Assembly: GCA_035559995.1 (NCBI GenBank) | Contig: DATMAM010000036.1 | Coordinates: 38,305 to 102,304, forward strand | Direction: 5' to 3' | From: Candidatus Acidiferrales bacterium | GTDB taxonomy: Bacteria > Desulfobacterota > Binatia > UBA9968 | DNA: 64,000 nucleotides | Shown: one piece after another, positions 28,411 to 38,061 of the stretch | Numbering within the stretch: the stretch's first letter is position 1 | Layout of the letters: each line of letters starts with the position of its first letter | The notes under the pieces: generated by a model | Databases searched by the model: none | What the model was told of the DNA's origin: nothing | What the model saw: only the letters and a program-made list of their open reading frames with translations | Position numbers and translations under genes: made by a program

Positions 28411-29001
28411 TCAAGCCGTGAACGTCATGCGCCGGTAGATCTGGCGGACCGTTTCCACGTCGCGCTTGCAATACTCGCAGATCTCGGCCTCCCTGCCGGC
28501 GCGGTAGAACTCGAACACTTTGGAGCCGTCGCAGCCGGATTTGGGCGAGGGGAGATCGAGCGCCTGAGCCAGATCGTCGAGCTTGACATGCTCGCGTCCC
28601 CAGCGGCTCCACTCGTGCATGGTGTCAAACACCGGCGCGCTCCGGTAGCGCGCAAAGCCGATATCGCGCGAAGGCCTCACCTGGTTGATAATCGAGCGCT
28701 GGTAGATGAAACGGAGGTCAAAATCCAGGAGATTATGGCCGACAAAGAGGTTCGCTTCCGCGGCCACTTGCCAAAAGCTTTTGAGAATTTCCGCCTCGTC
28801 TCCGGACAGAATCTCGACGGGGGAATCGCGCGGCGGCTCGGCGGCATAGGCGATGCACAGCACTCGCGCCGTGAGCGCGGAGAGACTCAGCTTTTTGATG
28901 ATTTCCTGTTCATCGAGCCGCGGCTGAGCGCTGTCCAGGCCGTTTTGGGCGACGGCTGCGGGCGTGGGAATCGTCTCGATATCGAAAAAAAGAATTTTCA
29001 C
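28411..29001 (-). CDS. DEDD-type 3'-5' exonuclease, PolB-exonuclease-like (RNase H fold)
   Basis: MKILFFDIETIP (Exo I), FVGHNLLDFDLRF (Exo II), YCKRDVE (Exo III). 196 aa. Confidence 0.7.
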   Translation of the reverse strand: MKILFFDIETIPTPAAVAQNGLDSAQPRLDEQEIIKKLSLSALTARVLCIAYAAEPPRDSPVEILSGDEAEILKSFWQVAAEANLFVGHNLLDFDLRFIYQRSIINQVRPSRDIGFARYRSAPVFDTMHEWSRWGREHVKLDDLAQALDLPSPKSGCDGSKVFEFYRAGREAEICEYCKRDVETVRQIYRRMTFTA

Positions 29002-29171
29002 CGCGCGTTCCCCAGGCGCTATCGCTTCTTTTAACAGAAAAAAGACCGAAGCGCCAAAAAAACTTGAAGGGTCGAAGAGTTCAGGGCGCCAAACCCTTTA
29101 CCCTTTCGGCCTCTGGCCGTGCAGCTTTCTCCAGCGTTGCAAAGGTGGAATCAAATCATTAAAGAGAGGCT

Positions 29172-30872
29172 ATGCTGAACGCGGCCAGAGTGCGCGCGCT
29201 CGTTTGTGCCGTCAGAGCGCTTTTTCTCGTCGCGGTTTTTTTGCTGTCGGCCGCGGCAAGTGACGGCGCGCAGCGCGACTTCGAAGGCGCGGTCGCGGCC
29301 GACGATGAGCTGGCGGCGCGCGCCGGAATGGAGATCTTGAGGCGTGGCGGGAACGCGGTGGACGCGGCGGTCGCGACCGCTTTTGCGCTTGCCGTCGTCG
29401 ATCCCGCATCGTCGGGGATCGGCGGCGGCGGCTTCATGGTGTTGTACCAGGCGCGGGCCAGAACGGCGCATGTGCTCGACTTTCGCGAGCGGGCTCCGGC
29501 CCAAGCTCACCGGGATCTTTACATCAAAGGAGGCAAAGTTGTCCCGTCTCTCAGCCTGACCGGCGGGCTTGCGGTCGCGGTCCCCAGCCAGGTGAGCGGC
29601 CTTGCCGAAGCGGTAAAGCGCTTTGGCACCGTCTCCTGGCCCGCCTTGCTGGGGCCGGCGATTAGGTACGCGCGCGAGGGTTTCCCGCTCAAGGGGCATC
29701 TCCGCTATGCGGTCGAGCGGCAGCTTGCCAGTGTCCGAAAGTCACCGGCGTTGGCGCGCATCTTTTTACGCGCCGACGGCACGCCTCTGGATGTCGGAGA
29801 GAAAATCGTCCAGGCGGAGTTGGCCGAGACGTTGAGCGCGCTTGCGCGGCAGGGGCCGCAGGCCTTTTACGACGGGCCGATCGCGCAGGCGATCGTGGAA
29901 GGCGTGAAAAAAGAGGGCGGGGTCATGACCCTCGAGGACCTCAAGAGCTACCGCCCGGTGTGGCGCGAGCCTCTTCTCGGGCGGTATCGAAGCCATGTCG
30001 TGATCGCGATGCCGCCGCCGAGCTCGGGCGGGGTCGCGCTTCTGGAGATGCTGCGGGTCCTCGAATCGTACCCGCTCGAATCGTTGGGGCACAATTCGGC
30101 GACTTATCTCCACCTTCTCGCCGAGACCATGAAGCACGCGTTTGCCGACCGGGCGCAGTACCTCGGCGATCCCGACTTTGTCCAGGTGCCCGTGCAGAAG
30201 CTGATTTCGAAGGAATGGGCGGACAAGATCCGCGCCAAGATCTCGGCCGCGCGCACCTACGCGGCGGATTTTTACGGCCCCGTTCTGAGCGCGAGCGAAA
30301 AGGGAGGCACGACGCACTTCAGTATCCTCGACGGCGCCGGCAACGCGGTCGCCTGCACGGTCACCATCAATACGCGATTCGGCTCCAAGGTCGTGGCTCC
30401 GGGGACCGGCATCATTCTCAACAACGAGATGGACGATTTTTCGATTCAGGTAGGCGCGCCCAACACCTATGGGCTGATCGGCGCGGACGCCAACGCGATC
30501 CAGCCGAAAAAGAGGCCGCTCAGCAGCATGTCGCCGACGATCATTCTGGAGAACGATCGCCCGGCCCTCATTCTCGGGGGCGCCGGCGGGCCGCGCATCA
30601 TCAGCGCCGTGTTGCAGACGGTTCTGAATGTCATCGATTTCGGCATGCCCGTGGACAAGGCGGTAGAGGCGCCGCGGATTCACCATCAGTGGATGCCGAA
30701 CGAACTTGCGGTCGAGCCGGGAATCCCTCCCGAGACGCGCCTGTCGCTGGAGCGCAGGGGGCATGCCGTGCGGGAGCGGGAGAATCTGGGCGTGGTGCAG
30801 GCGATCGTGGCTAAAAACGGCAAGGTGAGCGCGAAGGCCGACCCGCGGAAAGAAGAACGGGGCCGGAGGTAG
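29172..30872 (+). CDS. ggt: gamma-glutamyltranspeptidase
   Basis: 566 aa. Signal-like N-terminus, autoprocessing/nucleophile region EKGGTTHFSILD, and GGAGGPRII near the C-terminus. Confidence 0.9.
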   Translation: MLNAARVRALVCAVRALFLVAVFLLSAAASDGAQRDFEGAVAADDELAARAGMEILRRGGNAVDAAVATAFALAVVDPASSGIGGGGFMVLYQARARTAHVLDFRERAPAQAHRDLYIKGGKVVPSLSLTGGLAVAVPSQVSGLAEAVKRFGTVSWPALLGPAIRYAREGFPLKGHLRYAVERQLASVRKSPALARIFLRADGTPLDVGEKIVQAELAETLSALARQGPQAFYDGPIAQAIVEGVKKEGGVMTLEDLKSYRPVWREPLLGRYRSHVVIAMPPPSSGGVALLEMLRVLESYPLESLGHNSATYLHLLAETMKHAFADRAQYLGDPDFVQVPVQKLISKEWADKIRAKISAARTYAADFYGPVLSASEKGGTTHFSILDGAGNAVACTVTINTRFGSKVVAPGTGIILNNEMDDFSIQVGAPNTYGLIGADANAIQPKKRPLSSMSPTIILENDRPALILGGAGGPRIISAVLQTVLNVIDFGMPVDKAVEAPRIHHQWMPNELAVEPGIPPETRLSLERRGHAVRERENLGVVQAIVAKNGKVSAKADPRKEERGRR

Positions 30873-30948
30873 CGCCGACGCCGCTCGGCTTGAAGCGCCG
30901 CGGCGAATTGCCTAGTCTGATGGAAATCGCTTTTCTGGGAGGTAGACG

Positions 30949-31971
30949 GTGAAAATGCAGCGAAGCCTAATTGTGGCGCGGTTCGTCGTTCTTGCGGTTC
31001 TGGCTGCCGCGCCGGCCTGGAGCCAGACCGCCCCGGACCCCAAGATCATCGAAGGCGCGAAGAAAGAAGGCGAGGTGATCTACTTCACCACGATGACTTT
31101 GGATCAGAGCAAGCAGGTCGTGGACCGCTTTGAAAAGAAGTATCCGTTTCTCAAGGTCACGCTCTTTCGCACCGGAGGCGGGCCGCTGCTCAACAAGATC
31201 CTCACCGAGGCGCGCGGCGGGAGGTTCGCCTGGGACGTCGTGGTCGGCCGGGGGGAGATGGTGATTCCGCTTTCCGAGCGCAAGCTCCTCGCCTCTTATC
31301 GTTCTCCCGAAACCAAGATGATCGATCCCCAGCTCGTCGACAAAGAGGGGCTGTGGACCGCGTACTACGTCAACAGCTACGTTTTGGGCTGGAACACGAA
31401 GCTGGTCAAAAAGGAAGACGTCCCGAGGACCTACGAGGCGCTGCTCGACCCCAAATGGAAAGGCGGCAAGATCTCGGTGGACACCGAAGCTTACGGCATG
31501 CTCGAAGGCCTCAAAGGCGCCTGGGGAGCCGAAAAGGCGGTCAACTTTTTCAAGCGGCTCGCGGCGCAGGATCCCGTCGTGAAGCGCGGGAATACCGAGC
31601 GGGTGCAGCTCGCCGTGGCCGGCGAGTACGCGCTGATCATCGCGTACAACCAAACGATCCAGCGCATGACGTCGAAAGGGGCGCCGATCGACTGGCTGCC
31701 GCTCGAGCCGGTCGTAACTCAGGTCAACCCCGTGATGCTCGGGGTGAAGGCGCCGCACCCGAACGCGGCGCGCCTGTTTTACGACTTCATCCTTTCCAAA
31801 GAGGGACAGGAAATGCTGGTCGGCATGCAGCGCATTCCGGTACGAAAGGACGTCGAGCCCGATCCGCCGCGGCTTTTCAGGGGCTTCAAGTACGTGATCG
31901 AGAATCCTGAGGATTACAAGGATTTCGACGCGACGGTGAAGCAGTACATGGAGATCTTCAAGCTGCGGTAG
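30949..31971 (+). CDS. ABC transporter periplasmic substrate-binding protein (orphan)
   Basis: GTG 30949 lies 6 nt after GGGAGG. Signal peptide MKMQRSLIVARFVVLAVLAAAPAWSQ. Paralogue of the other two binding proteins. Confidence 0.85.
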   Translation: MKMQRSLIVARFVVLAVLAAAPAWSQTAPDPKIIEGAKKEGEVIYFTTMTLDQSKQVVDRFEKKYPFLKVTLFRTGGGPLLNKILTEARGGRFAWDVVVGRGEMVIPLSERKLLASYRSPETKMIDPQLVDKEGLWTAYYVNSYVLGWNTKLVKKEDVPRTYEALLDPKWKGGKISVDTEAYGMLEGLKGAWGAEKAVNFFKRLAAQDPVVKRGNTERVQLAVAGEYALIIAYNQTIQRMTSKGAPIDWLPLEPVVTQVNPVMLGVKAPHPNAARLFYDFILSKEGQEMLVGMQRIPVRKDVEPDPPRLFRGFKYVIENPEDYKDFDATVKQYMEIFKLR

Positions 31972-32043
31972 TTCTGGACAATAAGCTTCGCCTAACTTCG
32001 TTCATCGCCGCCTCGCCTCCTTGCGGCGTACAGAAAGGCGGCT

Positions 32044-33436
<1,393 letters not shown>

Positions 33437-35020
33437 CTAGAGCTTAACGAGCACGGCGGAGACGATGTTGGGCAGGCGGCGCAGCTCATCGAGCGTTTCT
33501 TTGGGGATGACGTCGTCGACGTGAAACAGGGATATCGCCATCCCGCCGATTTTTTCCCGGCCCAGCTCCATGGCCGCTATGTTGATCTTGTTCTTGCCCA
33601 GAAGGGTGCCGACGGCGCCGACGACTCCCGGAACGTCGCGGTTGTGCAGAATGAGGATGTAACCCTCCGGAACCGCCTCCAGATAGAAGTTGTCGATCTT
33701 GACGATGCGGGCATTGTTGTTGCCGAAGATCGCCCCTTCGACGGCGCTGGTGCGCTCGGCGGTTTTGACCACGACGGTGACCGAGCTGGCAAAGTCGATC
33801 GGGCGGCTGGTGCGCGATTCGATCACGTTGATGCCGCGCTCCCGCGCGATCAACGGCGCGTTCACGTAGTTCACGCTGGATTCCATGACCGGGCTCAAGA
33901 TCCCTTTGAGGACCGCAAGCGTGAGCGGCGCCACGTCGTAGCCGGCGACTTCGCCGCTGTACTCGACCTGAATCTCTTTGGGCAGACGCCCGAGAAGCTG
34001 CACCTGAAGGCTGCCGAGCTTTTCGGCGAGATTGAGGTAAGGCCGAAGGATGTTGAGTAGCTCGGGGCTGACGGAAGGGACGTTCACCGCGTAGCGTACG
34101 ATTCCCCGCGTGAGAAAGTCGACCACCTGCTCCGCGACGGCGATGGCGACGTTGAGCTGCGCCTCGTCGGTGGACGCTCCGAGGTGCGGGGTTGCGATGA
34201 CCCGCTCGGAGCGCAGCAACGGATGATCCGGTGGGGGCGGCTCCTCGACGAAGACGTCGAGCGCCGCGCCGGCCACCTTGCCCGAGCGCAGCGCCTCGGC
34301 GAGGTCGTTTTCATCGACGATCCCGCCGCGCGCGCAGTTGATGATCCGGACGCCGGGTTTCATCTTGGCGAACGCCTCCCGGTTGATGAGGCCGCGCGTC
34401 TCCTGGGTCAAGGGAACGTGAACGGTGATAAAGTCCGAACGCGCGAAGATCTCGTCAAGGCCCACCAGCTCGGCGCCGAGCTGCGCGGCGACGCTCTCCG
34501 GCACGAACGGGTCGTGCGCGATCACCTTCATGCGCAGCCCCAGGGCGCGCTCGGCGACGATGCGCCCGACGTTGCCGATGCCGATGATGCCGAGCGTCTT
34601 GTTGCACAACTCCACCCCCATGAACTTGTCGCGCTGCCACAGGCCGGATTTAAGGGAAGCGGCGGCCTGGGGAATGTGCCGCGCCAGCGCCATCATGAGG
34701 CTGATCGTGTGCTCCGCGGTCGTGACGTTGTTGCCGCCGGGAGTGTTCATGACGACGATCCCTTTTTTGCTGGCGGCCTCGACATCCACGTTCTCCACGC
34801 CGACGCCGGCGCGGCCGATCACTTTCAGGTTGGACGCGGCCTCGATCACGTCGGCAGTGACCTTGGTGCCGCTGCGGATCACCAGGCCATCGTAATCGCC
34901 GATCGCCTGCGCGAGTGCGGCCGGTTTCAAGCCGGTTTTGACGCTGACCTCAAAGCCCGCCTTTCTCAGAACTTCGAGGCCTTGCGGCGCCAGGGTGTCG
35001 GTTACGAGGATTTTCGTCAC
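33437..35020 (-). CDS. serA: D-3-phosphoglycerate dehydrogenase (long form with ASB and ACT domains)
   Basis: 527 aa. MTKILVTDTLAPQGLEVLRKAG..., NAD fold GIIGIGNVGRIVA, and a C-terminal ACT-like region. Confidence 0.95.
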   Translation of the reverse strand: MTKILVTDTLAPQGLEVLRKAGFEVSVKTGLKPAALAQAIGDYDGLVIRSGTKVTADVIEAASNLKVIGRAGVGVENVDVEAASKKGIVVMNTPGGNNVTTAEHTISLMMALARHIPQAAASLKSGLWQRDKFMGVELCNKTLGIIGIGNVGRIVAERALGLRMKVIAHDPFVPESVAAQLGAELVGLDEIFARSDFITVHVPLTQETRGLINREAFAKMKPGVRIINCARGGIVDENDLAEALRSGKVAGAALDVFVEEPPPPDHPLLRSERVIATPHLGASTDEAQLNVAIAVAEQVVDFLTRGIVRYAVNVPSVSPELLNILRPYLNLAEKLGSLQVQLLGRLPKEIQVEYSGEVAGYDVAPLTLAVLKGILSPVMESSVNYVNAPLIARERGINVIESRTSRPIDFASSVTVVVKTAERTSAVEGAIFGNNNARIVKIDNFYLEAVPEGYILILHNRDVPGVVGAVGTLLGKNKINIAAMELGREKIGGMAISLFHVDDVIPKETLDELRRLPNIVSAVLVKL

Positions 35021-35067
35021 TGTTTTGCTTGGTTGGACAGACTCAGACGAGCCGCGATTCCCGATCG

Positions 35068-35119
35068 ATGATCCGCTCAGGCCAGGGCTGCCATGATCCG
35101 CTCAGGCCAGGGCTGCCAT
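35068..35119. repeat. perfect tandem duplication (period 25 nt) spanning the aminotransferase stop codon
   Basis: gatccgctcaggccagggctgccat occurs at 35070-35094 and again at 35095-35119. The periodic match extends over 35068-35119. Confidence 0.9.
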
Positions 35120-36244
35120 CAGAACTTCTTGGGCGGCGGCCACGCCCTTGCCCAAGGTCACCGGATAGCCAAACTTCTTGAGCGCCATTTCGAGGCCGGA
35201 GACGGCGGTGATCACGTCAAACGCGCCCATGTAGCCAATGTGCGCGATGCGAATGATTTTGCCGCGCAGATCGTCCTGGCCTTCGGCGAACGTAATCCCC
35301 ATGCGCGCCCGCAGAAACTCCAAAAGCTGATCGGCATCGACGCTCGGGGGCATGACGATGCCGGTCGCCGCCGGGCTGGGGCTGTCGGGCGCGAGCAGCT
35401 CGAGGCCGAGGGCGGTCGCGGCCGCGCGCGTCGCGCGCGCCATGCGCTCGTGGCGCGCGTAAACGCGCTCGATGCCTTCCTGCTCCATGAGCTTGAGCGC
35501 GGCGCGCAGCCCGAAAACCAGCGACACCGCGGGAGTAAACGCGGTCGAGCCGTTTTGCTGGTTCTTTCTCTCCAGCTTGAGGTCGAAGTAGAACTTGGGC
35601 GAGCGGCTTTTTTCAACGCGCGCCCAGGCCCGGTCGCTGAGCGCAATGAAGCCAAGCCCCGGAGGCAGCATCAAGGCCTTCTGCGAGCCGGTCACGAGCG
35701 CGTCGATGCCCCACTCGTCCATCGGCACGGGAAGGGCGCCGACGGAGGTCACGCCGTCGACGACAAGCAACGGCCCGCCGCGCGTCAGGCGCGCGATTTC
35801 ACGCACCGGGTGCAGGACCGTGGTCGATGTCTCGCTGTGCTGGATCAAGACGCCCTGGCAGTCGGGGTGCGCTTTGAGCTGTTTCTCGACCGCGTCGACC
35901 GATACCGCTTTACCCCACTCCACTTTGATCTCCACCGGCGCAAGGCCGTAAGCTTTTGCCAGAAGGAGCCAGCGCTCGCCAAATTTGCCGCCGTTGACCA
36001 CCAGAACTTTATCGCCGGGCGAGAATAGATTGGAAACTGCGCCCTCCATGGCCCCGGTTCCCGAAGACGCCAGAATCAAGACGTCGTTTTTGGTGCCGAA
36101 GAGCCTCTTCAGGCCGTCGCGCACCTCGTACATGATCTTCGCGAATTCCGGCGTGCGGTGATGGATGATGGTCTCGGACATTGCTGTCACGACCTCGTTC
36201 GGAATCGGCGTGGGTCCGGGTGACAGCAAGTACTGCTTGATCAT
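35102..36244 (-). CDS. class V aminotransferase (serine-glyoxylate / phosphoserine aminotransferase type)
   Basis: 380 aa. MIKQYLLSPGPTPIPNEVV..., PLP-Lys region TGSQKALM. Located immediately upstream of serA. Confidence 0.85.
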   Translation of the reverse strand: MIKQYLLSPGPTPIPNEVVTAMSETIIHHRTPEFAKIMYEVRDGLKRLFGTKNDVLILASSGTGAMEGAVSNLFSPGDKVLVVNGGKFGERWLLLAKAYGLAPVEIKVEWGKAVSVDAVEKQLKAHPDCQGVLIQHSETSTTVLHPVREIARLTRGGPLLVVDGVTSVGALPVPMDEWGIDALVTGSQKALMLPPGLGFIALSDRAWARVEKSRSPKFYFDLKLERKNQQNGSTAFTPAVSLVFGLRAALKLMEQEGIERVYARHERMARATRAAATALGLELLAPDSPSPAATGIVMPPSVDADQLLEFLRARMGITFAEGQDDLRGKIIRIAHIGYMGAFDVITAVSGLEMALKKFGYPVTLGKGVAAAQEVLMAALA

Positions 36245-36256
36245 TTTTTAGCCCCT

Positions 36257-36297
36257 AAAAATAAAAACGCCTGAACCTCCATAAGAGACCCAGGCGT
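36257..36297 (-). terminator. intrinsic terminator / attenuator 13 nt upstream of the aminotransferase start codon
   Basis: Minus-strand RNA ACGCCUGGG-loop-UUCAGGCGU followed by UUUUUAUUUUU, then AGGGGC (Shine-Dalgarno) and AUG. Confidence 0.65.
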
Positions 36298-36378
36298 ACG
36301 GCCTTCTTATCCTCAGCACTCCCCCGTGGTCGATTCCACGTAGACGCCAGTCGCGCGGAGAACTGTACTCGTGCAATT

Positions 36379-36407
36379 TTAGTAGCCGAGCGCCCCGGCT
36401 TTGTCAA
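36379..36407 (-). promoter_or_regulatory. sigma70-like promoter for the aminotransferase-serA-purA leader
   Basis: Minus strand: TTGACA, a 17-nt spacer, then TACTAA, embedded in TACTAAAAT. Confidence 0.45.
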
Positions 36408-36448
36408 CCGAAGTGCCGGACAGAACGCCGAACTGCTTGGCGGCGGGG

Positions 36449-37507
36449 TCAGCGCGGCGGGAGCGGGCCGGCGCCGACAAGCTTCTTGTAGAGGTCGATG
36501 ACTTCGGGTTCGCGCGGGATCTCGCGAATCGCCTTCTCGTGAACTTCGGGCAACAGCGGCGTCGGCTCGTCGCCGGTCAATTTTTTGTATTCCTTGTGGA
36601 ATTCGGGATCTTTGTAGACCTTGCGGAAGGCCTCTTGAAGGATGGCCACGCGGTCCTTGGGCGTGCCGGGAGGCAGGAAGAACGGCGTGCCGGCGACCCT
36701 GAAGGCGCGCGCCAACGCGACCACCTTGCGCTCTTTGTCCGAGCGCGCGAACGTCTCGATCTCTGGCAAGTTGGGGAACAGGGGATGCTTGTCGCCCTTG
36801 GGCACCTCCATGATGGCATGGAAGTCCACCAGCCCTTTTTCCAGCCAGTCCTTGTTTCTCCGCACAACCGTGTCGGCGCCGGTCGCGCGCGCGTCGATCT
36901 CGCCGCGCATGAGCGCCGGGTCAAGTTCGGCGCCGGAAAACGCCGGGATGAACTTCGGCTCTTTGAGGCCGAGCAGATAGGCGAAAAGGCGCCCTTCGTT
37001 GTAGGTGGAAAAGCCGACGGACTGGGCGCCAATGCGCACGCCGGTGGCGGCGCGAAGCTTTTCCAGGCTGTTCAATCCAGCTTCCTTTCTGCTCACGAAG
37101 ATCGCGTGGTAGGTGCTGTAAGGCGAGCCCAGATAGGAGAACTTGTCGATGTCGTACTGGACGCCGGTTTCTCCGAGAATGGCGAGCGAGACCATTGCGG
37201 AACTCATGTTCCCGATGGTAAGCCCGTCGGGCCGGACCGAACTGTAAATATGGTTGGTAGCCTTACGCCCGCCGCCGCCGGGCATATACTCGTTGATGAC
37301 GACGGGATTCCCCGGGATGTATTTCGGCAAAAATGTCGTCACGGCTTTGACGCGCAGGTCGCCGGTGCCGCCGGGATCGCGACCCTGGATGACCGTGATC
37401 GTCTTGCCCTGAAAAAAGGACGGCTGCGAAAAACCTACGGCGGGCGCAAAGGCGGTTATCCCCAGCACGAGAGAGATGTTCAGGAACGATTTCTTAACCG
37501 GGGGCAT
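36449..37507 (-). CDS. Bug-family (TctC-like) tripartite tricarboxylate transporter substrate-binding protein
   Basis: Signal peptide. MPGGGGRKA motif, FPNLPEIETFA, FFLPPGTPKDRVAILQEAFRKV, matching the Bug family pattern. No tctA/tctB is adjacent. Confidence 0.7.
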   Translation of the reverse strand: MPPVKKSFLNISLVLGITAFAPAVGFSQPSFFQGKTITVIQGRDPGGTGDLRVKAVTTFLPKYIPGNPVVINEYMPGGGGRKATNHIYSSVRPDGLTIGNMSSAMVSLAILGETGVQYDIDKFSYLGSPYSTYHAIFVSRKEAGLNSLEKLRAATGVRIGAQSVGFSTYNEGRLFAYLLGLKEPKFIPAFSGAELDPALMRGEIDARATGADTVVRRNKDWLEKGLVDFHAIMEVPKGDKHPLFPNLPEIETFARSDKERKVVALARAFRVAGTPFFLPPGTPKDRVAILQEAFRKVYKDPEFHKEYKKLTGDEPTPLLPEVHEKAIREIPREPEVIDLYKKLVGAGPLPPR

Positions 37508-37570
37508 GCTGACCTCCTCAGCTTAAAAACGGCGAGATTTTTTCCCCAGCTTGCAGAAACTTTGCTACGC

Positions 37571-37599
37571 ATTCAAGTATGAGCGATGAGCGTTGTCAA
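37571..37599 (-). promoter_or_regulatory. sigma70-like promoter for the Bug-family gene
   Basis: Minus strand: TTGACA, 17-nt spacer, TTGAAT. Confidence 0.45.
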
Positions 37600-37651
37600 G
37601 TTCCGCGCGGCGGCGCGCGCCATTTTTGCGGCAGCCGGCCGACGCCGTAAG

Positions 37652-37680
37652 TTGACCCGCCAGCTATCGTGTTGCATCAT
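37652..37680 (+). promoter_or_regulatory. sigma70-like promoter placing a start site about 1-3 nt before ATG 37690 (leaderless small ORF)
   Basis: TTGACC, 17-nt spacer, CATCAT. The ATG lies 10 nt after the -10 element and there is no Shine-Dalgarno. Confidence 0.4.
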
Positions 37681-37689
37681 TTATGAACT

Positions 37690-37929
37690 ATGGCCGACAA
37701 CGAAGCACTGCAGGCTGAAGAAAGAAAGATACGGCGGCTCAGGCGGACGGTCGATTTGACGACCGCGCTTCTCTATCAGGCGGACCTTACTCTGGAGACC
37801 GCCCAGAGGCTGGTTGCCGCGTGCAAAAAAGCGGCGTTGGAGCTTTTTCCGGATAAGGAAGAGACGTTCGATCTCGTTTACGGTCCCCGCTTCCGGCGGA
37901 TCTTGACCGAACGGTTCGGACTGCAGTAG
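37690..37929 (+). CDS. small hypothetical protein (79 aa)
   Basis: MADNEALQAEERKIRRLRRTVDLTTALLYQADLTLETAQRLVAACKKAALELFPDKEETFDLVYGPRFRRILTERFGLQ. Balanced composition, unlike the Arg/Pro-rich artefact ORFs. I recognise no family. Confidence 0.45.
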   Translation: MADNEALQAEERKIRRLRRTVDLTTALLYQADLTLETAQRLVAACKKAALELFPDKEETFDLVYGPRFRRILTERFGLQ

Positions 37930-38004
37930 ATACGCCGCGGCTTTGGCGAACTTTTGTGCTGAAGGATGACGAAAAGTTCCGCCGGAGCGTGCGGGGTCGC
38001 ACCT

Positions 38005-38043
38005 AAGGGGACGGTGCCCTTCCGAAAGAAGCGCCGTCCCCTT
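38005..38043 (+). promoter_or_regulatory. 10-bp perfect stem hairpin 18 nt upstream of uvrA
   Basis: AAGGGGACGG, a 19-nt loop, then CCGTCCCCTT. Two further hairpins precede it (37945-37983 and a GTGCG/CGCAC stem). Confidence 0.5.
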
Positions 38044-38061
38044 ACCGTTCGGGTTTGAAAG

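Noticed and set aside
37945-37983. Gram-positive Cheo-type LexA box (GAAC...GTTC) upstream of uvrA
   Set aside because: The half-sites CGAACTTTT and AAAAGTTC are 16 nt apart instead of GAAC-N4-GTTC. A plain RNA/DNA hairpin explains this better.
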